IMG/VR virus record: IMGVR_UViG_3300014309_000021 | Location: 1 to 27,235 of that record | Origin: a virus | Lineage: Duplodnaviria > Caudoviricetes | DNA: 27,235 nucleotides | Strand: one strand, 5' to 3' | Shown: one piece after another, positions 1 to 7,338 of the stretch | How the letters are laid out: each line of letters opens with the position of its first letter | Numbering within the stretch: position 1 is the stretch's first letter | Position numbers and translations under genes: made by a program | Notes under the pieces: model-generated | The model's database searches: none | What the model saw: the letters and a program-made list of their open reading frames with translations, nothing else | What the model was told of the DNA's origin: nothing

Positions 1-144
1 GAATTAATGAAAGAGATTGATTTTCAATCACATCCAATAGCCGAGCAAGTGTGGGCTGATTGGGAATGCCCGAAATGTAAGCGACGATTAAATTTAAGAT
101 ATTATTGCGCAAGCATGGATGGAATAGACGTTACTGAAAGATGA
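1..144 (+). CDS. Partial hypothetical phage protein (CxxC), 5' truncated by the window
   Basis: Open frame from base 1 to TGA at 142-144 (...WECPKCKRRL...). Confidence 0.5.
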   Translation, partial: ELMKEIDFQSHPIAEQVWADWECPKCKRRLNLRYYCASMDGIDVTER

Positions 145-156
145 GAAGGTGACGAA

Positions 157-372
157 ATGACCCACGAACAAACTCATGAACATATATTAACCGAAGAAGA
201 ATTGGATATCTTGGCTAAATGCAGAGAGGCAAACAAAAAATATTTAGAGGGTTTTGGTCAATATATCGATGACCTAACCGACGATGAACTTATGGAACTA
301 TTGGAAGAAACGGGATTGAATGATTGCTCGTTTGAAGACGAGAAGGAGGAAACCAATGGGCAAAACGATTGA
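157..372 (+). CDS. Hypothetical acidic phage protein
   Basis: SD AAGGTG; overlaps the next ORF. Confidence 0.6.
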   Translation: MTHEQTHEHILTEEELDILAKCREANKKYLEGFGQYIDDLTDDELMELLEETGLNDCSFEDEKEETNGQND

Positions 373-481
373 AGAAATCATCGAAACTATTGATAAAATG
401 TTGACTATTCCTAAAGCTCAGATGTATTGGGCCGCTATACCGGAAAAATATATTGTCGCAAGTGTGGTGTCGTGCTTGTGA
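356..481 (+). CDS. Small hypothetical protein (41 aa, MGKTIEEIIETIDKM...)
   Basis: SD AAGGAGG before ATG 356; below the ORF-track cutoff. Confidence 0.45.
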   Translation: MGKTIEEIIETIDKMLTIPKAQMYWAAIPEKYIVASVVSCL

Positions 482-500
482 AGAAAGTGAAGGAGGAAAA

Positions 501-713
501 ATGAAACTTACCAAAAAAGAACAAAAGGCGATTGACGCATTGAAGAAAGTCGCTAAGATATGGCCCGAATCATTATGGGTATTTGTCGATGGGTCTATGC
601 ATGTAATGAAAAAGGATAGCGAAGGCAACGCCAAATATACCAAGCTGGGAGGCGTTGACCAGGATTATAAAGCGGATGATGTTAATATTCCGTGTGATGG
701 AGGCGCTTGGTAA
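501..713 (+). CDS. Hypothetical phage protein
   Basis: AGGAGG SD before ATG 501 (preferred over 453). Confidence 0.7.
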   Translation: MKLTKKEQKAIDALKKVAKIWPESLWVFVDGSMHVMKKDSEGNAKYTKLGGVDQDYKADDVNIPCDGGAW

Positions 714-889
714 TGAAACTAATCAAGCAAACAATCGCCGCACATTATGAGCCGGGCCGCGGCAAAAGAATTGAAATGGTCGTATCTGCAGAACGTCTTA
801 AATATGACGTTAAACAAAATGGGTGTATAGTACAATCGACGTCAAGCTTATATCGGGCGGCAGAAACTTATAATAACATTATTATTTGA
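713..889 (+). CDS. Hypothetical phage protein
   Basis: TAATG coupling with the upstream ORF; GGAGG SD. Confidence 0.55.
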   Translation: MKLIKQTIAAHYEPGRGKRIEMVVSAERLKYDVKQNGCIVQSTSSLYRAAETYNNIII

Positions 890-900
890 GGGGGATTGAA

Positions 901-1131
901 ATGTCCAAAAAAGAAATTATGCTACTAATAAGTGGCTTGGAACCACGTCCACTTGATGAAGATATCCTTGATGGCGCTAAAGAAGCTGCGTATTGTAAGG
1001 GGTATAATGACGCGATAACCGATGTTGTGGGGTTGTTAAAAACCAAATCGCAAGCAAAACGGCACAAAACCAATGATGAATCATTTAGCTGGAACGAAAC
1101 AATACAGCAGTTGTATGGAGGCGAAAAATGA
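901..1131 (+). CDS. Hypothetical phage protein
   Basis: GAGGGGG SD before ATG 901; ATGA overlap with the next gene. Confidence 0.65.
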   Translation: MSKKEIMLLISGLEPRPLDEDILDGAKEAAYCKGYNDAITDVVGLLKTKSQAKRHKTNDESFSWNETIQQLYGGEK

Positions 1132-1367
1132 CTAAAGAACAAATGGCTAAAATTTTTGGATTTGAAAATAGCGAACCAAGCAAAATCCGTGAATACAACG
1201 AAGAATCAAATGTGGAAATTGTCAAGCATGGGAATGGCCGATTTATTGTAGTTGCCTATAATGAGGGCGGCTTTAAAAGCACTGCTGTTGATTTAATTGA
1301 TTTGTTGGAATGGGCATGGATCAATATGCCTGATGAAATTTTAAAGGCGAAGGAGGTGGTAAAGTGA
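1128..1367 (+). CDS. Hypothetical phage protein
   Basis: GGAGG SD; coupled on both sides. Confidence 0.7.
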   Translation: MTKEQMAKIFGFENSEPSKIREYNEESNVEIVKHGNGRFIVVAYNEGGFKSTAVDLIDLLEWAWINMPDEILKAKEVVK

Positions 1368-1672
1368 CTAGAGAGGAAATTTTATCGGCCACGCCGGAGT
1401 GGTTGAATGAACAGGCGGCAAAAATTATGGGTGTAGAAAAAGAATTTTGGAATTCGGTTTATAACGTTCGACATGCTTATGAACTTGAAGAAAAAGTCAA
1501 GGAGTCGGGGCTTATTGAAAAATATATCTATGAATTTATTGATATAGTTGGTTTTGAAACTATTTATTATGACGGCCCAATACCGACAGATAAAGGAATG
1601 TTTCAAATAGCCCACGCCACCCCTGAACAGCGAACGAAAGCTTTTCTATTATCAACGGGACCCGACAACTGA
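1364..1672 (+). CDS. Phage ABA-sandwich / BC1872-like protein
   Basis: Pattern LNEQAAKIMG...W..VYNVRHAYELEEK...ATPEQRTKAFL recognised by eye. Confidence 0.6.
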   Translation: MTREEILSATPEWLNEQAAKIMGVEKEFWNSVYNVRHAYELEEKVKESGLIEKYIYEFIDIVGFETIYYDGPIPTDKGMFQIAHATPEQRTKAFLLSTGPDN

Positions 1673-1687
1673 CCGGGTTATTTTTTT
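1660..1687 (+). terminator. Rho-independent terminator of the left operon
   Basis: ACCCGACAACTGACCGGGT stem followed by TATTTTTTT. Confidence 0.7.
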
Positions 1688-1688
1688 A

Positions 1689-1785
1689 ATTTGACCAACT
1701 CCCTAACTCCTAAAGGAGTGACCGGGCTCCGACCGAGATTAACCCTACTGATTTAGTGTCCTTCAAGCGACTTGTCAAATATCCC
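1689..1785 (-). ncRNA. Candidate structured small RNA (ydaO/c-di-AMP-riboswitch-like motifs)
   Basis: Ends pair (ATTTGAC...GTCAAAT); internal hairpin ACTCC-TTTA-GGAGT; extended -10 TGTTATAAT at 1800-1792 on the minus strand; no ORF. Confidence 0.35.
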
Positions 1786-1847
1786 CATTATATTATAACA
1801 AACGCGAAAAACTAACCCCCTTCTCTAGTTTACCGTAATATTCCTTC

Positions 1848-1876
1848 TTGTTAACAAAATGTTATGGGAGTATAAT
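1848..1876 (+). promoter_or_regulatory. SigA-type promoter for a small ORF
   Basis: TTGTTA-17 bp-TATAAT. Confidence 0.5.
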
Positions 1877-1912
1877 ATAAATGTAAACAAAAACAAAAAG
1901 GGGGAGCTGTTC

Positions 1913-2032
1913 TTGGAGGATGAGCTGTGTGAAATTAATGAAATTATTTTTGTAATGAATTCGTTGATTTTGTTGCTGATCATTCGAAAGGAGGCGATTA
2001 CAAATAGGCATGGAATGAGGGTGGTTAAATAG
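1913..2032 (+). CDS. 39-aa peptide with a hydrophobic core (MEDELCEINEIIFVMNSLILLLIIRKEAITNRHGMRVVK)
   Basis: AAGGGGGAG SD, TTG start, own promoter. Confidence 0.45.
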   Translation: MEDELCEINEIIFVMNSLILLLIIRKEAITNRHGMRVVK

Positions 2033-2049
2033 AAACACCAGCTAGACTT

Positions 2050-2072
2050 CTTTATACCAACTTTATACCAAC
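2050..2072 (+). repeat. Integrase arm-type binding sites, left arm (TTTATACCAAC x2)
   Basis: Tandem 11-bp repeat, repeated again at 2307-2327 on the other side of the core. Confidence 0.8.
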
Positions 2073-2188
2073 AACCACGGAAAATAATAAAAAATAAGGG
2101 AAAACAATTTTATACAATATATGTAAATTATATGTTTTATCTTGACTTTTAGGTAAAGAACGGGCAGCTAGGGAGCATAAACAAGATT

Positions 2189-2244
2189 CTTAAAATCCCT
2201 CGGTCCTAAAGACCGTACCGGTTCGATTCCGGTCTTCGGCACCA
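2189..2244 (+). other. attP core: 3' half of tRNA-Leu(TAA), from the anticodon loop to CCA
   Basis: CTTAAAA anticodon loop, long variable arm CGGTC-CTAAA-GACCG, T-arm ACCGG-TTCGATT-CCGGT, acceptor 3' strand and ACCA; no D-arm or 5' half upstream; adjacent to the integrase. Confidence 0.9.
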
Positions 2245-2254
2245 CAATATTATC

Positions 2255-2292
2255 AAGGGTTTGCTGGTTGTTAACATAAACTGCAAACCCTT
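2255..2292. terminator. Inverted repeat downstream of the tRNA fragment (likely terminator for the reconstituted tRNA and/or int)
   Basis: AAGGGTTTGC...GCAAACCCTT perfect 10-bp arms. Confidence 0.55.
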
Positions 2293-2306
2293 TAAATTTG
2301 CCCTGT

Positions 2307-2327
2307 TTTATACCAACTTTATACCAA
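2307..2327 (+). repeat. Integrase arm-type binding sites, right arm (TTTATACCAA x2)
   Basis: Identical to the left-arm repeats. Confidence 0.8.
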
Positions 2328-2374
2328 ACTATGAAAACCAGCGTCATTACTGCATTTTAAAGCGACCTGCCAAA

Positions 2375-2404
2375 TTTGACAAGTCGCTTTTTGTTTGCTA
2401 TAAT
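2375..2404 (+). promoter_or_regulatory. Consensus SigA promoter antisense to the integrase 3' end
   Basis: TTGACA-18 bp-TATAAT with TG extended -10. Confidence 0.65.
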
Positions 2405-2425
2405 ATTACCCGTTTTTGCCCGATG

Positions 2426-3613
2426 TCACAAACCCGCTTCTCTAAATTTTTGATTAATCAATTCCATTGCACGATCTTGTGATCTGACTGTTTTGTGTAC
2501 ATACATTTTTTTTGTTGTCTGGGGGACTGCGTGACCTAAAATGTCTTGTATGATCTCCAAAGGTACTCCAAGTTCATCATATAACCAGGTGGCGCAGGAA
2601 TGGCGCATACCGTGGAGCTTAATATATTTTAAGGGATGTTCCTCGTTGTTTATTTGGTCAATCAACCATGCCCAATAATTATCTCTGATATTTGAATAGT
2701 TAACAGGTCTGCCGTCCTGAGTGGCTATTATTAATTCAAAATCATAATAGTGTTTGGCTTTCAATTCTTCGGCCCTTTGCTTTTTTTTTAGCTCTCTTAA
2801 CGCATCGGATACGACCGGCAACATTCTAATGTCCCGGATGGAGCTTTGATTTTTGGTCTTTTTTAGCAAAGTTTTAATGTTTTCTAAATCATAAACCTTG
2901 TTTAGCATGATTGACCGCTTGATATGGATTACCATATTTTTAAAGTCGATGCAGTCCCATGTAAGCCCCATAATTTCCCCCAGCCGCATTCCAGCGCCGA
3001 ACCCCATTAAAAACAACTCATAATACCTTCGCTCTTTTGCGTGCTGTAGAAAGTAGGTTATCTGTTTTCCCGTCCAGGTGGGGGCAATATACTTTTCTTT
3101 TTCGCCACGTTTGATTTTTTCGGCTAAATTATATTTAATATCTAGATCATCGTCCTCGATAATGACCGCCCATAGTTTGTGGAGGATTCTATATGCTGAT
3201 TCCGCCTTGCAGGTTGATTGCTCATATAAATCATCGTAAAGGTTTTGTAAGTCCCGCGATTTAACCTCCGCAAGCTTTAACCCGCCGATTTCGGGAATAA
3301 TATGTAACCGGAGCCGCTTTTCATACCATTCGTATGTTCCTTTGGCAATTCGGCCACGGCTTACTGCACGTTGTGTGTCTTCCAAAAATATTTTTACATA
3401 TTTTTCTACCGTTACAGCGGTTGGTTCTACAAAAACATTCCTGCGTCGATCGGTGTTGATGTCGTCTCGTTCATCTTTGGCAGTTTCAATGGTTTTCGCC
3501 TTTAATTTGATCCATTTTTTTTTATATTCGCCATTGATTTTACCTTTTCGGATTCCAAGAAAATATGTATCACCTCTTTTAATTATTGTTCCTTTCCCGT
3601 TTTTTTCTCTCAT
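2426..3613 (-). CDS. int: Tyrosine recombinase / phage integrase
   Basis: N-terminal arm-binding region; catalytic motifs GMRLGE, HGMRH, LGH and terminal Y (KMYVH); next to attP. Confidence 0.97.
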   Translation of the reverse strand: MREKNGKGTIIKRGDTYFLGIRKGKINGEYKKKWIKLKAKTIETAKDERDDINTDRRRNVFVEPTAVTVEKYVKIFLEDTQRAVSRGRIAKGTYEWYEKRLRLHIIPEIGGLKLAEVKSRDLQNLYDDLYEQSTCKAESAYRILHKLWAVIIEDDDLDIKYNLAEKIKRGEKEKYIAPTWTGKQITYFLQHAKERRYYELFLMGFGAGMRLGEIMGLTWDCIDFKNMVIHIKRSIMLNKVYDLENIKTLLKKTKNQSSIRDIRMLPVVSDALRELKKKQRAEELKAKHYYDFELIIATQDGRPVNYSNIRDNYWAWLIDQINNEEHPLKYIKLHGMRHSCATWLYDELGVPLEIIQDILGHAVPQTTKKMYVHKTVRSQDRAMELINQKFREAGL

Positions 3614-3674
3614 AAAATCACCTTCTTGTTCTTATAATCTATGTAAAAAGATGGCTTTCACCATCTTGTTGTTG

Positions 3675-4073
3675 TCATGCCAGTTCTTCCTTGGTTGATA
3701 CTGGTTCACTAAACATTGTCTCAAGGTTTTCCAATGTGTTTAACATCATTTTTTGTCCAACAGAGGGAAGGGCTCTAACACGCCTGACCAGATCAACATC
3801 TTCTTGGGTAAAAATCGTTACCGGGATTTTCTCAAACCCAAAATCTTCCTGCCGCTGATCAGATTCACCAACCAAGTAATTTAGAGAAACTTTAAAAAAC
3901 TCAGCCAATCTCACGCACAATTCAATCGGTGGATCGTTAACTCCCTTTTCCCATTTAGAAATCGTTGTATAAGAAGCAAGCCCAAGAAAATCCGAAATAT
4001 CCTTTTGTGTTAACTCTTTTTCTGTTCTTAATTTTTTCAATCTTTTACAAAATTCGCTTTTCAATACATTCAC
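3675..4073 (-). CDS. XRE-family HTH CI-like repressor (true start possibly TTG at 4064)
   Basis: RLKKLRTEKELTQKDISDFLGLASYTTISKWEKG HTH; divergent from cro. Confidence 0.93.
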   Translation of the reverse strand: MNVLKSEFCKRLKKLRTEKELTQKDISDFLGLASYTTISKWEKGVNDPPIELCVRLAEFFKVSLNYLVGESDQRQEDFGFEKIPVTIFTQEDVDLVRRVRALPSVGQKMMLNTLENLETMFSEPVSTKEELA

Positions 4074-4087
4074 CTTCTTCCGGTATG

Positions 4088-4208
4088 ATTATATCAAGAC
4101 TTGGAGTATTTGTAAATGATAATCTATCAAGTATTTTAAAAAAACATGTGACGAAACGTCATATATTATTGTAAATCGCTTGATTAGACATCCGGTATGT
4201 GATATATT
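4088..4208. promoter_or_regulatory. Divergent CI/Cro promoters with operator candidates
   Basis: Minus strand: TTTACA (4116-4111)-17-TATAAT (4093-4088). Plus strand: TTGATT (4180)-17-TATATT (4203). Palindrome ATGTGACGAAACGTCATAT at 4146-4164; TCCGGTATG occurs twice. Confidence 0.7.
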
Positions 4209-4252
4209 ATTCATGTAGTCAAAAATAAAATACAGGCAGGAGGTGGCATTAA

Positions 4253-4441
4253 ATGACAAATAGAATCAAGTACTATCGGGAACAATCACGAATGAGCATA
4301 AACGACTTGGCACAGGTGCTGGGTTTAACTCCTGATTATATTCGAAAAGTTGAAAACGGCGATCGGGGTCTAAGACTTGAAACGGCACTTGAAATCTGTA
4401 AAGCATTAAAGAAAACTCCCAACACTATTTTTTTACCTTGA
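4253..4441 (+). CDS. Cro-like XRE HTH regulator
   Basis: 62-aa HTH (NRIKYYRE...LAQVLGLTPDYIRKVENG), GGAGG SD. Confidence 0.9.
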   Translation: MTNRIKYYREQSRMSINDLAQVLGLTPDYIRKVENGDRGLRLETALEICKALKKTPNTIFLP

Positions 4442-4478
4442 ATGTTGATTTAAAATCAAGTTGGAAGGAGCTGATAAA

Positions 4479-5420
4479 GTGGACAATTTGGTAATTGACC
4501 CGGAATTTAAAAATCTGATACCGCCGTTGACTTCAGAAGAGCGGCAACAATTGGAGGAAAATCTCATCAAAGAAGGTTGCCGGGATGCTCTAATAGTTTG
4601 GAACGGGGTTTTGGTGGACGGCCACAACCGGTATGAAATTTGCAATCAAAATGACATTCCGTTCAGAACTGAAACCAAGGGCTTCAAAGACCGGGAAGAA
4701 GCCAAGGAATGGATTATCAGGAATCAATTCGGACGCAGGAACCTAAGTGCCTATGACCGGTCGAGGTTGGCACTGCAGCTTGAAGATGTGATAAAAGCGA
4801 AAGCAAAAGAAAGACAAAAGGAGCATGGCGGCACCGCTCCGGGGAAAACACTTACGCAGAAATCTGCGGAAGTGAAGCCCATCGAAACCCGCGAGGAACT
4901 AGCCAAGATCGCAGGAGTGAGCCGGGACACCATCGACAAAGTAAGGGTAATTGAAAAAGAAGCGACACCAGAACAGAAAGCCAAACTTTCTACCGGAGAA
5001 ACCAAAGTAAATACTGTTTATCGTGAAATTAAACCCAAAAAACCAAAGGAGGAATCGCCCGTTGTACAGCCCGACAAGCCGGAATTTGAAGAAAAGGAGG
5101 GATTGCCTATAATGCAATCAGTCCCGGAGGAAAGCAGTAAAGAGGAAAAAAGAATCCACCCTTATGAGGTGGACGAGACGGGATTCCCTGTAATCAAGCC
5201 GATACGGGAAGCCCAAGAATCTATATTCAGTATATCAAAGTTCAAGGCAATTGTAAATTCGTTTATAACTGAAATTAACCCGCTTGAATTTGGCGGGGAG
5301 CGGTTTGGGGAACTATCAAAAATTGATTTAAAAAAGTATTTGTCACTAATTAAAGATACAAAAAATCAATTAAATGGAGTTGAAAAAATAATTAAACAAA
5401 TATTAGGAGGTACAAAATAA
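4479..5420 (+). CDS. ParB-like N-terminal domain protein with HTH
   Basis: IDPEFKNLIPPL...LVDGHNRYEIC...QFGRRNL motif; HTH EELAKIAGVSRDTI; GTG start after AAGGAG. Confidence 0.85.
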   Translation: MDNLVIDPEFKNLIPPLTSEERQQLEENLIKEGCRDALIVWNGVLVDGHNRYEICNQNDIPFRTETKGFKDREEAKEWIIRNQFGRRNLSAYDRSRLALQLEDVIKAKAKERQKEHGGTAPGKTLTQKSAEVKPIETREELAKIAGVSRDTIDKVRVIEKEATPEQKAKLSTGETKVNTVYREIKPKKPKEESPVVQPDKPEFEEKEGLPIMQSVPEESSKEEKRIHPYEVDETGFPVIKPIREAQESIFSISKFKAIVNSFITEINPLEFGGERFGELSKIDLKKYLSLIKDTKNQLNGVEKIIKQILGGTK

Positions 5421-6211
5421 TGGAAAATTTATTCACCCAAAACAGGATTCAATACATGATGTTGCCGGTAAAAACATTGAAATTTTCTGACTATAACCGC
5501 GATGTCCAAATTAATAGGGTTAAGAAAATGGTTAAAAAATACAATCCTTTAATGGTTGGGGTTTTAACAGTTAGCAAAAGGCCTAATGGTTTTTATGTGG
5601 TGGATGGGCAAAACAGATTGGCAATGTTAAAAACGCTTGGGATTCAAGAAGTGATATGCCAAATATCTTCGGATCTCGATTACGAAGACGAAGCGAGATT
5701 GTTTGTTGATTTAGGCAATAGCACTAAGGCAATTAGCTATTTTGACAAATTTAGAGGGCGATTGGAATCTAAAGAACCACAAGCTATAAGGATTAAAGAC
5801 ATCACCGAAAAGGCCGGCCTAAGAATTGGTAAGAACGGAGGCCAATCGAACAATAAAATTGTTTCGCTTAAGGTACTTGATGACATGTATGCAGATATCG
5901 GCGAAGAAGGGCTTTTCCGTACCTTGTCGCTTATTAAAAAAACTTGGAACGGTGCTATGAAATCATTAGAGGCTCCTATTTTAAAAGGCGTCGGGATTTT
6001 GGTTAAGCTAAACGGAACAGAATTTATTGATTGTGACTTTGTCCAAAAAATGGCTACAGTTGATCCAGTTGTGATTTTACGCGAAGGCAGGGCGGCCTCC
6101 GGCTTGACGGTTAAAGGGTTTACGGCTTATGCAGCAATCATTCATAAATATTATAATGCTGGCCGATCTGTTACGCGGATAAGCAATAAATTTGCATCAA
6201 TCGAAGAGTGA
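5420..6211 (+). CDS. ParB-like (DUF6551-type) protein
   Basis: YNR...V..S.R..GFYVVDGQNRL...EARLF motif; TAATG coupling. Confidence 0.75.
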   Translation: MENLFTQNRIQYMMLPVKTLKFSDYNRDVQINRVKKMVKKYNPLMVGVLTVSKRPNGFYVVDGQNRLAMLKTLGIQEVICQISSDLDYEDEARLFVDLGNSTKAISYFDKFRGRLESKEPQAIRIKDITEKAGLRIGKNGGQSNNKIVSLKVLDDMYADIGEEGLFRTLSLIKKTWNGAMKSLEAPILKGVGILVKLNGTEFIDCDFVQKMATVDPVVILREGRAASGLTVKGFTAYAAIIHKYYNAGRSVTRISNKFASIEE

Positions 6212-6226
6212 GAGAAGGTGATCTGA

Positions 6227-6403
6227 ATGCCACGTAAACCACAGCCGGAGGTAATGAGCGTCAACGAGGCCCGGAAGTATCTTAAAAAGCGTCACACTGT
6301 TGTAATGGCACTTGTGGAGTCTGGAGAGATACCAGCGCGGAAGATTGGTTGCCAATATCGTATAAGCAAGGCGGCGCTGGATCGATGGTTGACCAGGGGA
6401 TAA
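6227..6403 (+). CDS. xis: Excisionase-like HTH_17 protein (58 aa)
   Basis: VMSVNEARKYL...GEIPARKIGCQYRISKAALDRWL; missed by the ORF track. Confidence 0.8.
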   Translation: MPRKPQPEVMSVNEARKYLKKRHTVVMALVESGEIPARKIGCQYRISKAALDRWLTRG

Positions 6404-6444
6404 CGTCTCTGCGAACTATTCGGCATAAAGGGAGGTGAAAACAG

Positions 6445-6594
6445 ATGAACGAGGTTATCAATGATTTTCCAGAAGATTTAACATTACTCGAATGGCTTCA
6501 AAAGATTCATGAATTGGAAAAAAGAGTGGCCCAGCTTGAAGTAGAGATTCAAGCAAAGGCCATTACAAATGACGAAAACAGCAATTTAATCTAA
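6445..6594 (+). CDS. Small coiled-coil hypothetical protein (49 aa)
   Basis: GGAGGTG SD. Confidence 0.6.
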   Translation: MNEVINDFPEDLTLLEWLQKIHELEKRVAQLEVEIQAKAITNDENSNLI

Positions 6595-6765
6595 TCTGAT
6601 TTTGTTTTGTTTGGCTAAATGTTCCTTGTATTTTTCCAACGATGTAAAAATAGTATGCGCCATTAAGTCTAAAAATTCTTCTTTGGTCATGTTTTCAAAA
6701 CCGTTTTTGACATACTTTTGAAAATTTCTTTCTAATGCGAGTTTGATAGTATCCGATTCAAACAT
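6586..6765 (-). CDS. Reverse-oriented small moron gene (59 aa)
   Basis: GGAGGTG SD before ATG 6765; own promoter. Confidence 0.7.
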   Translation of the reverse strand: MFESDTIKLALERNFQKYVKNGFENMTKEEFLDLMAHTIFTSLEKYKEHLAKQNKIRLD

Positions 6766-6791
6766 CTTTATCACCTCCCCTCACCAGTAAG

Positions 6792-6817
6792 ATTCGGCAA
6801 AAGGCAATAAATTCCTG
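6792..6817 (-). promoter_or_regulatory. SigH-type promoter
   Basis: Minus strand CAGGAATTT-13 nt-GAAT matches the Firmicutes sigma-H consensus (AGGA...GAAT). Confidence 0.6.
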
Positions 6818-6837
6818 TAGAAAGTGAGGTCAACCCA

Positions 6838-6996
6838 ATGTTAAGCAAAGAGCAATCACAAATTTCGGAAATAGTAATCGAACAAATTAAACATTTGGCA
6901 AATTGGAACAGCCGAGAATCCAAACGCGAAATTAAAAACGTCGAGCAGATCCGGTTAAATTGTGAAACTATTGCAAAAATAGCGCAAGTTTGTTAG
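6838..6996 (+). CDS. Small hypothetical protein (52 aa)
   Basis: GAGGT SD; fills the gap in the operon. Confidence 0.5.
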   Translation: MLSKEQSQISEIVIEQIKHLANWNSRESKREIKNVEQIRLNCETIAKIAQVC

Positions 6997-7037
6997 TTGT
7001 TTGCAGCAATTTGTAAAGCGAAAGTGAGGAACCAAAA

Positions 7038-7316
7038 ATGGATATCATAGAATACACCGTGCAAGAACACGCAAAAACATTTGGCGGATTTCGTTCTGAA
7101 GACGAAAAGACGGAAGTGATTAATTATATTCAGCAACATGAGATACCGGTTAACGATGTAACAGATGCATTGGTGATTACGCTTTGCGCGGAGTACCGTG
7201 AGAAAAGATATGCACAACTAATGAGCATCCCGAGAGTGAGGGAAGAGGTGAGATATTTAAAAAGCAAAGGCTTTACTTACGAAGATTTCCAAAAAGCAGA
7301 AAATAGACGGTTTTAA
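7038..7316 (+). CDS. Hypothetical phage protein
   Basis: GAGGA SD. Confidence 0.7.
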   Translation: MDIIEYTVQEHAKTFGGFRSEDEKTEVINYIQQHEIPVNDVTDALVITLCAEYREKRYAQLMSIPRVREEVRYLKSKGFTYEDFQKAENRRF

Positions 7317-7338
7317 ATGGCGAAAGCGAGGAAACGAA

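Noticed and set aside
1715-1750. Guanidine-I (ykkC) riboswitch on the minus strand
   Set aside because: Only TAGGGTT and GGTC.GAG fragments match; the conserved 3' P3 motif is absent
2161-2244. Complete tRNA-Leu gene
   Set aside because: No 5' acceptor strand or D-arm upstream of the anticodon loop; it is the att core
2261-2482. 73-aa ORF across the attP right arm
   Set aside because: No SD; overlaps arm sites, the promoter and the int stop codon
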